A stretch of DNA of 64,000 nt from the human T2T-CHM13v2.0 reference genome, Homo sapiens (GCF_009914755.1 NC_060925.1); one strand, 5' to 3'. Shown: positions 14,990-27,369, counted from the first letter of the stretch. Notes: generated by a model from the sequence alone, not told the origin. Translations and numbers: made by a program.

Positions 14990-15920
14990 TCACTGAAAGC
15001 TACAGATGGATTTGCCTGGGCAAGCGATGTTGTCACACAGTTTCCTGTGTCCTGCCACTCCCCTGCAGAAATCCTTTCACAAAGTTATTCAACAGCCTTT
15101 CAGTGATGATGTGTCACAGAAATACACCTCAGCATCAAAAGCAGACATTTCACATTAACTACCCAATAAAGAAGAAATCACATTATTAAAGTATCGCACT
15201 TTAAACATTTGCCATGATTGGGAGCCAGTTAATTCTCTTGAAAATGAAGTTTTACACAGAACCCTGAAGCACAGAACAAAATAAAAGCACTCTGGAAAGT
15301 ATTGAAAGATAGATCCCTGAAAGTCAGTTTCCAAAGAGAAAATCCTTGAGAGAAGGGAAAAGCAAAAAAGGGAAAGAAAAAAGCTATCTCAAAAACATCG
15401 TTATCTGTGCCAGTCTGCCCAGGCCCTCTGTTTTTAAATACAATGAAGCTCACCCAACTCATGATGTTTGCAGACAGAAGGGTCTTGCACAACTGTGTCC
15501 AGTGGCTGAAGCGGGAATGGGAATCTACTCCCACACCATAGGAGGCCTCCACCTCACTGTACTTTTCACTTAAGAATCTGGGCTGCTGCCTCTGCCTGGA
15601 GTCCTTAATGGCTCAACAAGAGACCAGCAAGAGCAGGAGCAGATGCCATTGTAACCAATTTCACTTTGAAGTCACACTGGACCACAGGGGAAGAGCTAAA
15701 TAAAGGAGGAGGCAGGACACAGTTCACAGCTGCGCTGGAGAGAGAACAGAGCAGCCGGGGCTCGGCCTTCTTCTCACTCCTGGTGGCCGCTCCTTCCCCA
15801 GCCCGAGCCCATCTGCAGGCACAACAGCACCTTCCACAGCACAGAATCACAGAACACTGAAGACAAAGCGACCTCACGGATTGCCTCCCCACTCCCTCAT
15901 TTTGTGGGCTTTGCAAAGCA

Positions 15921-16244
15921 CAGTCATGTACCGCATAGGGATATTTCGGTCAACAATGGACCACATACATGACGGTGGTCCCATAAAATCATGATGGAGC
16001 ATATACAGAAATCTGATGCATGGCACTTGATATTGGCAGTGCAGATGAATAAGGGGAAATGTCTGATATTCAGTAATGGTGCTGGGACATTTGGTTTTCA
16101 ATATGAAAATATATATATATATATATGAATAAAGATATATATCTAGGATTGTGTAAGTATACTCTATGATGTTCACGCAATGACGAAATTGCCTAATAAC
16201 ACATTTCTCAGACCATATCCCTGTTGTTAACTGATGCGTGACTA
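15921..16244 (+). mobile_element. Tigger3-family MITE (about 324 bp, Tigger3d-like) with internal (TA)n
   Basis: Terminal inverted repeats cagtcatgtaccgcata...tgatgcgtgacta followed by TA. Confidence 0.85.
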
Positions 16245-17627
16245 TAGTCTAGAATTCTGCTTTCTGACTCGTTTATAAATCCACTGCAAAGCTCAGAACC
16301 AGAGAGTGTGCCCAACAGCACCAAAATGCCAAACGATAAGCGTACATCCACCCACAATTCACTGACAGGGTGTCTACACTCAGATTCTTCTTTGGAGCTT
16401 ATTTATTTCACATTCAAACCTAAGCAGTTTGATGATGTCATTTGCAATGCTCTTGAAAAACTAAGTAGCTCATCAGAAAAGGTGGAGGAAATAAATCACT
16501 TGCAGAGGAGTCTTTAAAACTACCAAGAAGTGACAGTTGAGAATTCAAGAGAAAAACTACAAGTAGCAGTCAAGAAAACTAACAGAATCTAGCAACCTAA
16601 AATCATCTCGGGGAACAGACCCTGGGGACATTAATGAATCAAATGGTGGTGACCGGGGTGCACAAAACAACAGTTTTTCATTCCACTTACACTCAGACAT
16701 GTGCAACAGCATATGAATGAGACGCTGGCACTAAGTTTTGGCATAAATATGAACATATATATAATTTTATGTTCTAGTATTTCAAAGTCTGAATCACAAA
16801 CTATTTACAAAACTCAGCTAGCCAGAATGACTAATTACCTGGGGATTTCAGGGCATAATAAATCCAACAGACTTTATTTTATTAAGAATTGGCAGCCATG
16901 GCTTCATCAATAAAAATAACCTTAATTAGGAAGCCTATCTCTCCATCTCCCTTTCCAAAAATAACTAACTTCCACCTAGAGAGCATCCTTGAGCAGTGTG
17001 ATATAATGTGATACCTCTGCATGAACACGGGCATGAGGGTTATGAGTTATTTTCACAGCAGAGACAAAAAAGCAGGTCCAGGATTCTTTGATTCCACTGG
17101 CTGGAAGGAAGTAACTATGGTGTTAACACTGAGGCACACCTGAAGCCAAGACCGAAATTCAGGGTGGAGGAGAGGAAAGGAGACACAACAGGGGACCAAG
17201 ATCTGTTGACAAAACTATTTCAGTCCTATTATGTCATCAGTATGAGGACAGAGAGACAATTCACACTAAGTGACCAGATGCAGTGTAAATATCTGTTTAT
17301 TTAGCTTTATTGCATCAGATCATTTCTCTGATTCATGTTGTCATAATGTGATTACAAAAGACATGCTAAGTCTGGATTGATGCAAAAACAGGAGGGGGAA
17401 TTATTAATAATCACAATTTATCTGGCAGACAAATTCTTTTAAGTCTATACTCCATGAGAAAAAGTAATAAACAGGCTTCACAGTGGTTTAACGTTATAAG
17501 GGACTGAAGTGGACAGAGTGACCTCCTAAGGTCTGTGTTACCCACCCTCCCCAACCCACTCCAATAAAACAAACTACAGTCAAAAATTACACAAATATTC
17601 TCAAGACAGAAACCAATACTGATGAAA

Positions 17628-18705
17628 TTAAAATCTAAAACCATAAAAACCCTAGAAGAAAACCTGGGCAATACCATTCAGGACATAGGCATGGGCAAAG
17701 ACTTCATGACTAAAACAGCAAAAGCAATGACAACAAAAGCCAAAAATGACAAATGGGATCTAATTAAAATAAAGAGCTTCTACACAGCAAAAGAAACTAT
17801 CATCAGAGGCAACAGGCAACCTACAGAATGGGAGAAAATTTTTGCAATCTGTCCATCTGACAAAGGGCTAATATCCAGAATCTACAAGGAACTGAAACAA
17901 ATTTACAAGAACAAAACAACCCCATCAAAAAGTGGGCAAAGGATATGAACAGACACTTCTCAAAAGAAGACATTTATGCGGCCAACAAACATATGAAAAA
18001 AGCTCATCATCACTGGTCATTAAAGAAATGCAAATCAAAACCTCAATGAGATACCATCTCACGCCAATTAGAATGGCGATCATTAAAGTCAGGAAACAAC
18101 AGATGCTGGAGAGGATGTGGACAAATAGGAACATTTTTACACTGTTGGTGGGGGTGTAAATTAGTTCAGCTATTGTGGAAGACAGTGTGGCGATTCCTCA
18201 AGGATCTAGAACCAGAAATACCATTTGACCCAGCAATGTCATTACTGGGTATATACCCAAAGGATTATAAATCATTCTACTATAAAGGCACATGCACACA
18301 TATGTTTATTGCAGCACTATTTACAATACCAAAGACTTGGAACCAACCCCAATGCCCATCAATGATAGACTAGATAAAGAAACTACCATACATATACACC
18401 ATGGATACTATGTAGCCATAAAAAAGAATGAGCTCATGTCCTTTGCAGGGACATGGATGAAGCTGGAAACCATCATTCTCAGCAAACTAACACAGGAACA
18501 GAAAACCAAACGCTGCATGTTCTCACTCATAAGCAGGAGGGAGAGCTTTAGGACAAACACCTAATGCATTCAGGGCTTAAAACCCAGATGATGGGTTGAC
18601 AGGTGCAGCAAACCACCATAGCACAAGTATAACTATGTAAAAAACCTGCATGTTCAGAACATGTATCCCAGAACTTAAAGTAAAAAAATAAATAAATAAA
18701 TAAAA
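17628..18705 (+). mobile_element. 5'-truncated L1PA (about PA7-8): ORF2 C-terminal part, 3'UTR and A-tail
   Basis: ORF2 peptides [21 protein letters not shown] and EIPFDPA..LLGIYPK; 3'UTR gggcttaaaacc...ggtgcagcaaaccacc; (TAAA)n tail. Confidence 0.95.
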
Positions 18706-19244
18706 GTACAGTGAGCTCCCAGCTATCTGTGCTAGAAGCAGAATAGTTTATGCACTGAGAAAAAGGAGGAGGAGAGTAGCGGGGCCCACCCTCTGCCTCC
18801 TCAGGCACTCTGTGAGGTTATCCCTGGATCCCTGGGAGCAGGAAGAGGGCTGACGGGTGAAACTGAAGACAGAAAAATATAGCTCTGAAAAGTAAGCTGC
18901 ACTATAATGAAGGCGTGAAGGACACCAGCTGCACCCAATAAGAAGGTGGTGAGAGGTGCCGGAGTGTTTTCCTCGGCATGTGTTACTGACACATGTGGAA
19001 CCTGTTTCTCTGTAGGTCTTTAAATCAGAGAAGATTCTCCTAGCCCTGGGATAATTAGGGACACTTATTTAAAGGTTGAGGATTCAACTACATGACCTCT
19101 GAAGAATGCATCCTTCAAGCCTGAAGATATACGTAAAGCAAAAACCATTTATTTGACATAGAATTAAATAATTTATCACTTGTGTCTTAACATTTAAGCC
19201 CATCTATAGAACTACATGAAAACAAAATTTGTCTGTTGTGGTAA

Positions 19245-19650
19245 TTCAGGCATTCTTTCAACAAAGATTTAACATGTCCAACACATACAGCAATGCTGGA
19301 GAAGCAAAGTACAGAAAGATTAGAGAGGTGAGGGAAACACAGAATTTTCCACTGTAAGCAGCATAAGAGATTATTCAGAGGAATAGGAGGAGGACAGAAT
19401 TAATCAGGGAAGACTTCTTACAAGGGATGAAATCTAAATCAAGTCTGAATTTGTGATGATCACAAATTGGCAGACAAAGAATGACAGAAAGAGAAACCAA
19501 AAGGGCATTTACACATTAAGGACTACCCATAAACAAAGGCATGGAATTGCAGTTTTCTAAAGAAAAAATTAGCCTGGAAGCTATGGAGGGACCATGATGG
19601 AGAACAAGGTCAGGCCCAGTGGACTATGGCCTTGGACACTCTGAGGAAGG
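19245..19650 (-). mobile_element. L2 fragment
   Basis: cattctttcaacaaagattt...aatcagggaagacttc...aaacaaaggcatgga. Confidence 0.55.
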
Positions 19651-19729
19651 TGCTCCAACACAAAGCAAAACATTGTGACTGGTTCTTAAAAAACTACTCC
19701 CGAGACACATGCAAACGCCCATGGCTCTT

Positions 19730-19738
19730 CCTTACCTT
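19730..19738 (-). promoter_or_regulatory. 5' splice donor of the coding exon
   Basis: AAG|GTAAGG; family similarity of the translation stops here. Confidence 0.93.
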
Positions 19739-21218
19739 TCCCATAGAAGAATTTGCGGTAATAATAGGCCCCAAGGTCAATGTGTTCTATGATGTAGCGC
19801 TTCACTTTCTCCCTGTGAATAGGCTGGTTTTCTCTGGGCACTTCCAAGACGGAGACACCTGCATTTGTGCAGTGAGAGCTGAGTGACGATTCGAAAGAGC
19901 AGCTTTCCCCAGAACTGAAAGAGGATGAGTTGGCTCGAGAGAGCGCAATCCGCCTGTCGCCTTCCCCTCCAGTCTCATTTCTAAAGTAAGGACAACTAAG
20001 GACGAGGTCGTTACTTTTCCCATCACCCTCATCGGCATCCAGGTTCTCTTTGGAGTTGAGGTCCTCCTTGCTCCCTAAAGGGGACTCACAGTTGCCTGTC
20101 TGGCCCGTAGGCATCTGAGTCTGGGATGCTGCAGATGCCCCAGTGGTTATGTTTTTCCTTTTCCCCACATTAGCCCTCGTAGCCATGGCTTCGTTGATAT
20201 TAAACAAAATGCTCTGGACATCATAATGTGCAAAACATCGCTGACAATTCCAAGGGCGAATGCCCCTCTCCAGTCGGCTCTCCTCCAGCTCAGACGTGAA
20301 CTTGAAAGTTTCGTGCTCACTTTTAACAGTTCGAAGCTTTCGGAAGAGAGATGTTTCCACCGACTCTGATTTCAACCTCCGTTTGAAAGGCTTGTCCCTG
20401 TCTCTCCCCATCAGGAGGGCACTGTCCACATAATCTAATCCTGAGATGCGGACAAATTCTCCCCTAGAAATCTGTGCTGCTGCATGAAGGCTCGGAGAGA
20501 TTGCAGGGTCACAGCGGAAAAATTCAGGGAACCCAAAAGGGACCATTGCTTTGTGGTCATAATTTTCTACTCGGTACCCTCTGAGCATAGCAAAAAAGTT
20601 TTCACCAGATAAGCCTTGCCTGTCGATGGATGAAGTACTTCCATACTCCCTGTGCAGGGCAGCCCCGGTGTTGGGGTTGACTGCATTTTGGTCTAAGACA
20701 TCTTCGGCATCAATGTCACTGATAGTGACATCACTATTGCTCCTCTGTCTTATGGGGTGAAGTCCTCTTTGGGGGGAATGGACAAAGATGTCTCCGATTG
20801 TGTACTTGGCCTCCACGAAGTCCAGATCGAGCTGTTCATCTTGCTGACCTTCACTCTGGTCACTCTGCCCATTCTGCAGGACGGAAGTGATGCTTTCATA
20901 ACTGGTCTGAGACCGGCTTTCCCACAGTGCCTTGCATGTTAGCTCCTTGGAACAGTCCTTTTTAGGAGGCCATTCAGACACCCTTGCTCTCACACCCATT
21001 TTGGGCACAGCTGGGGTACCATTAGCCGGACCACCACCGCCAGTCTCATTGGAATTCGAGGCATTTAAAGAAGTAGTGGGTCCCATGTTGCCATTAATGG
21101 CTTTAAATTTCCGAGCAAAATAATCATCTGACTGCATGATTCTAGGGGGATCCTTGAACTTTGAAGAGGCTCTGCCTAGCTTGTGCTTCTCTTCTTGTGA
21201 CTGCCTTGGGTCACTCAT
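19736..21218 (-). CDS. SIPA1L2: SIPA1L2 first coding exon, coding part (N-terminal 494 aa + 1 nt, upstream of the RapGAP domain)
   Basis: Long ORF 19686-21290. ATG at 21218 gives MSDPRQSQEEKHKLG. SIPA1L-family motifs: PKMGVRARVSEWPP, RQRSNSDVTISDID, LHREYGSTSSID, CFAHYDVQSILF, SCPYFRNETGGEG, HCTNAGVSVLEVP, IEHIDLGAYYYRKFFYGK. Ends at a phase-1 donor AAG|GTAAGG at 19736/19735. Confidence 0.97.
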
Positions 21219-21487
21219 GTCTACCGAGGAAGAGCCTCCAAGTCTCACCAGGAAGACTGATGTAAATCTAATTACATTGCTACCGACCACGCCATAATAC
21301 TTGCAGATATAAAGGCTTTGTCTGTAGTTGTATTTTTTCTTTTCTTAGCCCAAAGCAAACAACATCCTCAGAATACAGTTTCTTCAAAGCCAACTTGCTT
21401 CTCTGTTGTCGTAATAATGTTGTACGCCTCTGTTCTTTTCAAAAGCATTCCTTAAGACATCTGGCTGGTCATGAGTATTTCCTTCAC
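21219..21487 (-). other. SIPA1L2: 5'UTR portion (269 nt) of the SIPA1L2 start-codon exon
   Basis: Acceptor cttcctatctcttaattcAG|GTGAAG with the AG at 21489-21488, contiguous with the CDS. Confidence 0.85.
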
Positions 21488-21510
21488 CTGAATTAAGAGA
21501 TAGGAAGTAG
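21488..21510 (-). promoter_or_regulatory. 3' splice acceptor and polypyrimidine tract
   Basis: Minus strand reads ctacttcctatctcttaattcag. Confidence 0.85.
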
Positions 21511-21599
21511 CCATTAGCAATTAATATGCTTCAAGTTGAACACATTCTATGATAAATTTCGTATCTGTCTTTCCCCTCTGCTTCTGCCCACGAAGTTTC

Positions 21600-21945
21600 A
21601 TGATCCACAGCACTGTTCGTAACACTCCTCCCTGGAACACCATCTTCCTTCTCTACATAGCTAGATAAAATTCACACCATACAATCAGGTATTAACTCAT
21701 CTAAGAAACTTTCCTAGGATGTCTCCCACCCTAATTGCATCTAAGCAAAGAATGTTGCGATCCCACAGCACTCCATCTATATCCAACAGAGTAATTTTCC
21801 TTATCTCTAATTGCTGTTTACCAACTCACTGACTTCAAGTTCCTCTAAGCCAAGAACCATGCCTTTCAGCTGTGTACCAGCATTAACTATTAAGGTAGCC
21901 TGGCTTAAACTAGGGATTCATGAAGTATTTCAATGCATGAATTGG
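21600..21945 (+). mobile_element. L2 fragment
   Basis: Diverged L2 3' region ending ...gtatttcaatgcatgaat. Confidence 0.45.
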
Positions 21946-23637
21946 CTACAAGAGCAGCACAAGTCATGTATATAATGGGTTTCAGTATTATTAGTTTAGT
22001 TTCTTTCAAAACAGTTAAACTCAAAATGTCCCACAGCAAAATGGTCAATACAAGACATTAACAAGAGAGTTTTCATAGTGATCACTTGTAGTCAAATTAG
22101 AACTCACACAGATCCTCCTTTAAGTGGGAAGAGATCTTCAAGGATCTGGTATCTGATACATCAAATACATTGCAGTAGTGAGATACTGGGTAAGAAGCTG
22201 TTTTCTTGTACCTCAGTTGTCAGTTTTTCAGTCTCCAGGAATGGATTTGATAATAGCCTAAACTGTGTAGGAAATAACTATAATCCAGTCATCCTTGATC
22301 CTTTTAAACACAATAATTCTAAGAGAATTAGGTAAGATGCAGTCATTTATCTTATCTTTCTGAAAACCATGGGATAGTGTGTCTGTTCTGTCCTGTGCAT
22401 GTCAGTATCTGACTACTCATTTTCCCTGTTTGCCATATCCTAAAATATCATTTTATTTCCTCCATTATGGAACAGCTCTGAGAGTAGACGATACGTTGTC
22501 ATCCCTAAATTTTTTTTTTTTTTATGGTAGGGAGAAAGCAACTGCCACCATAAGAAAAATATCTGCTATTCTAAGACATTCCCACATGCTCATCTCAAAG
22601 CCATTAGGAGTCCACTGGAAAGAGTTTTTATGCTGTTTAGCTAGTTGGGATTTTAACATTTTCAAACCGAATTACAGTTATTAATATTCCTTATGCTTTG
22701 GTGAAGGATGAAGAAAACTAGCTATATTATAGCTTTTGTTCAGAAGAGGTAAAGTGATTCTTTCATTCTTCTGCCAATGAGTAATATAGCCTGTCATGAG
22801 TTTGGAAAATATGTAACACCTGAAAATGTCTGTGTCTAAATAAAGAAAGAATAAATTCAAAGAAAAATATTTGTAATTAAAGAGAAGAGTAATTAGATCA
22901 AGTGTCTACAAACATACGGGTAAATTGCAGTGTTTTCTATTTCCAGGGGTCTTTATTTTACAGGTCACTTGTGGCATAATGCACTAGAAAGTTGTATTCT
23001 TGTACATAACCAGTCCCCAACTAGAAATGACATTAACAAACGCATCCACGAAATGCAAAGAACCACTTTAATTGTTGCTTTGAAACTCCTTTATCCTTTT
23101 ATTTATAAAATAAATGCCATCCAAATAATGAGGACAAACCCTACCTTCCTTTCTTTTCCGTGTCATGGCATATATTGAAATACCAGTATCTGTACAGCAC
23201 AAGGGAGTCAAAAAGGAACATGCTCAGACTAGAGGCACAGTTAACAGACTGACCACCTTGGGCTCAACCCACCACCCAGAGGGAAGAGCAAACCGGCATC
23301 TCCTCACACTTGTAACCTATTCACCACGCTCCACAGGGAAGCTCTGAGTTTAAGCCACCAACTAATAGATGTGCAAAATAAACCAGAGAAACTATTAAAT
23401 ATTAAAACTAGGATTAGCGAGAATAAGATAATAATTAGTCCTGGAAAACCTGACTAGCTATTATAATTTACTGGGCTCAGATTCTTACTTGAAAATCTAT
23501 CTTCTGAGCTTTCACATTCCTCTAACATTTGTAGCTTTCTCAATGTTTAACAGATGAAATTAAAGTTACAAAATATTTATTACACATATCTTGTGAAAAA
23601 ATGGAAGACACCAATATATAGTCAAAAAATAAAGATT

Positions 23638-23928
23638 AGCTGGGTGTGATGGCTCACACCTATAACGCCAGCACTTTGAGAAGCTGAGGCAGGAGGATCG
23701 CTTGAGCCCAGGAATTTGAGATGAGCACAGGCAACACAGCAAGAGCCCGTCTCTACAAAAACCTGTTTTTTTTTAATTAGCCCGGCGTGGCGGTACACAC
23801 CTGTAGTATCGGCTACTTGGGAGGCTGAAGCAGGAGGATCCCTTGAGCCCAGGAATTAGAGGTAGCAGTGAGCTATGATCGCACCACTGCACCCCAGCAT
23901 GGGCAACAAAGTGAGATCCCATCTCAAA
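23638..23928 (+). mobile_element. AluJ with almost no remaining A-tail
   Basis: ggaggatcgcttgagcccagg-type motif in both arms; TSD AAATAAAGATT at 23627-23637 and 23926-23936. Confidence 0.92.
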
Positions 23929-24124
23929 TAAAGATTTTACAATATAAATAATATACGAAATTAAAAATAGATGAATTTATGCTGAATCTTATCATTAGGT
24001 TCACTACAAAGGATGAAAACTATAGCAAACTCAGAGCATGTGAAATTCTTTCCTAAAGGTATCTCAGAATATTCCTTCTGTTGTGAATTTTGAAAACTTG
24101 TTTGTGCTAAGAACATTAGCTTTA

Positions 24125-24300
24125 GTGGACAGCTACTGATTTTTCCTATCTAAAATCCACTCCCCTTTCTTCTGGTAATGGTGGCTTGAATTGCTTTGGA
24201 GAATCATTTAATTTGTGTGAGGCTAACTCCACACCTAACACGTGGCCAGTTAAGAATACCTCCTCCCCTGGCCACAATTATTGGTCCTGGGATGCAGCCC
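24125..24300. mobile_element. ERVL LTR fragment (LTR16-like)
   Basis: aatccactcccctttcttctggtaa...ctcccctggccacaattattggtcc. Confidence 0.45.
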
Positions 24301-27300
24301 GGATCCCATCTCCTTGTAACTCCTCCCCTGAGATTTTGCTCTACTGTAGCTTGTGGAAACTCTGTGGTTCTTTAATCTCTCTCCCTCCTCCCTTGTTTTC
24401 TACGCCCTGCCCCAGACATACCAAGCGTCTTTCAAGTCTTCAAACAGCCCACTCTCCAGGCTTGTGTCCCAGCTGTTCCCTCTAAATGGAGCATCCACTG
24501 CTTGAGCTGAACTGACAACCATTCATGATCATCTCTCTCCCCGCAACTGGGTGACTCCACAACATACTCCCATGGTGTCCTCTACTTCCCAAACACCCAT
24601 TTCCATGCCTTCTAAGGACTTCCTGCTTCTCTCTGTGTGTCTCTCCCCAGGAGAAAGTTCTGTGAATTTGTTTTCTTCCCCATTTTATCTACGGTGCCTG
24701 GAGCTGTTTCTAGTATGTGGTAGATGTTTAATAAATATTATTAAATTAACAAATTACTGTACAAATATATTAGGCAGTAAGTCCTTATATTAGAAAATAT
24801 TTAAATGAAAAATTCTGGTGGTTATAGGAATATATTTTACAATATATTGTAACCTATAACTTTGTAGAAAATCACTCATTATAAAGTCAAATACCTATGA
24901 ATGGTTGTTAACACTTTGCAGGACACTGTTTGCTCCATGCCATTTTCCCAAATCCTTACAACAGGTAAACACAAAATTCAGCAACTACTCCACTCTGAAA
25001 AAACAGCTTCCCACCCCCACTTCCGTACCAGCCAAATGAGGTGATTACAGACATGTCTTCTAATTGTATACAAAGAAAAGAATGTCATACTTCATCTTCT
25101 AAGCATCTCGGCAGCTTCCTCTAGTAGACCCAAGGCCCATTCCCAAACATGGTAGTTAATAAAACGGCCAATCCTGCCACCAGTCTCTGTCCTCTTGTGA
25201 GCGTGGCTACGCGGCTGTGTGCAGAGCTCCATTTTCTGTAGGTGGCATGCAGCCAGCTTCCTGGGGCTCTGGATGCCTGCCCGTGAATGGTACCACTCCA
25301 AAACTGGATGGCACATGGAAACCGTGCAATCTAAAGACCTGGTCAAAAGGCCACCTCAGCTTCGTGTCCGAGTTAGAGAAGAAGCCATATGAAGCGAGGG
25401 CCCACACATGCCTTCTTCTTCGTGAGCAGCTGTGAATCACACCTGTCCTTCCCCCTCTGTGATTTTACATCATTTTGTCATTCTAACAGATTGTAAAAAA
25501 CCAGTTATGAGAGTTTCAGACTGGCAAATGCAGAGTCCTCAAACAAAAAGGCCATGGTATTTTTCCTTAGAAAGCAAACGTGCTATGAAACGAAATATTA
25601 AAAAGATGTAGAATAAACTGGATCCTCATTGTACATGTATATGGTGAGTGCCACTGGTACCACCTGCTCCCTCCTGCCTTATTCTAATTAAAGGCACAAG
25701 GATACTAACTGCTTTCCTAAGTGAATAGTTAAATGGACTCATACTTCTAAGCTGGTACAGCTTGAGGAAAAACAAACATCAAGGAAAATCTGAGACTCAT
25801 TTAATACCTTCCCTAGAACTTTATAAAGATGACAGACTAATCTTCTATATGAGGCCTGTGACCTTGTCAGCAACATGAATATCTTTTCTTCCAGGTAATT
25901 TCCTAAACCTAGATTCTGACCATCTGGAGGGTGGTGAGAAGACGGAGTTTGCCTTCGAATGATCTAATTAAAACAGATCTCTAGATTTTGTCTACATACA
26001 GTTTTCTTTCTGTTCTTTAAGCTAATTTTTACTGTGAGGGGCACTGGTCTTCTCCCCATAGTTTCCAATTATTCTTGCATTTCATAAAATTCTATGGCTT
26101 TGCTCCCCAGTAAAAATAAATAATTATCACCAACATTCTGCAAGCACTTTAAAAACCCAGACAGAAACCCCACAGGTAGTGGGGTGCCCCCAAGTGAGGA
26201 AGGGCTAGGGAAGGCCACCGACCAAAATTGAAGAATTTTAGAGCATGAAGGAGCTGTTCTCATGCTAACTGTCTTGGTAATAATTTTAAAGGGATAGAAA
26301 AGAAATGGAGAGCATTTGATATTTAAGCATAATTGTCTTTAAATAAGATGTTTTTCGACGTTTTCCATGAGACATCAGTGAGTCTTTAAGACCAATATTA
26401 GAGTTCTAATTGAGCCACTTATCAGGAATGCAGCTGTAGCAAATGGATTGAAAACCACAAAATGCACAAATTACGAGCCCCATTCAAGGGAAAAAATGGT
26501 TAAAATTATATAGCAGATTTATAATACAAGTATAACTATAGTAAAAAAAATGCTTATTTTTCATGCCAGTATCCCAACAGCTCTAATACTAATATGGATA
26601 ATAGGACAGGGAATAAAAGGAAGAACAAACTGATCCCACTTTTACCCTCTCTCTGTGGCCAAGAAGACAATCAATGAGCTGAGGTGCTGCTCGCACTTGA
26701 GGTCTGATCACCTAAAATGCATTTACCAAAAACTAAGCCTGGTATTAAGTGAAATTATAACCAAATGGCTATAAAACAACCCATTAACTCACATTCCTAT
26801 TACAGTAGAATACGAAAATCAAAGCTATAAGACAATTTGATAAGTAGCTACTATTAAATAATAATGGTAATAAATTGATATACAAGTTCAATAATATTTT
26901 TGCCTGGTAAGTTTTTGATAGATCTGAACATGAAAATAAGTTCTTAAACATTTATCTTGAATTAAACACTGGGGTGGTACCAGAGATAAATATTTTTGAA
27001 CATGAGAACATAAAAACCAGCAGAATTCTCCTCTTTGGGGTTTTATAACATAGGGGTAACCTATGATCTGCGAAGGGGAATAAAATCTTTTCTTGCTGGA
27101 AAGTTCACACTGGTGTTAGGCCAACTAATTTTTAAAGTACTCCACGTGCTATTTGGAGGAATTTCTCAAGTGACATCCCAGAAAAGCTGATCTCCTTGAT
27201 GTAGTTAAGAATTTTTTCATTGGAGTAAAGCAGGACCTCAATAAAGAAACCCTGAAGGATTTAGTCTCCACAAGAAACCCATATTATGAGTTTCCTTTAT

Positions 27301-27369
27301 ACTGATTTGTACTTCATAGTGAAGGAAAGGGCCCAATCAAAGGTTTGTTAAATGGAGCTCTTGGGTGAC

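Noticed and set aside
17622-18564. Cluster of ORFs resembling a gene
   Set aside because: These are frameshifted L1 ORF2 remnants.
19686-19735. C-terminal tail of the 534-aa ORF (GKEEPWAFACVSGVVF*)
   Set aside because: It is read-through past the AAG|GTAAGG donor into the intron, not part of the spliced CDS.
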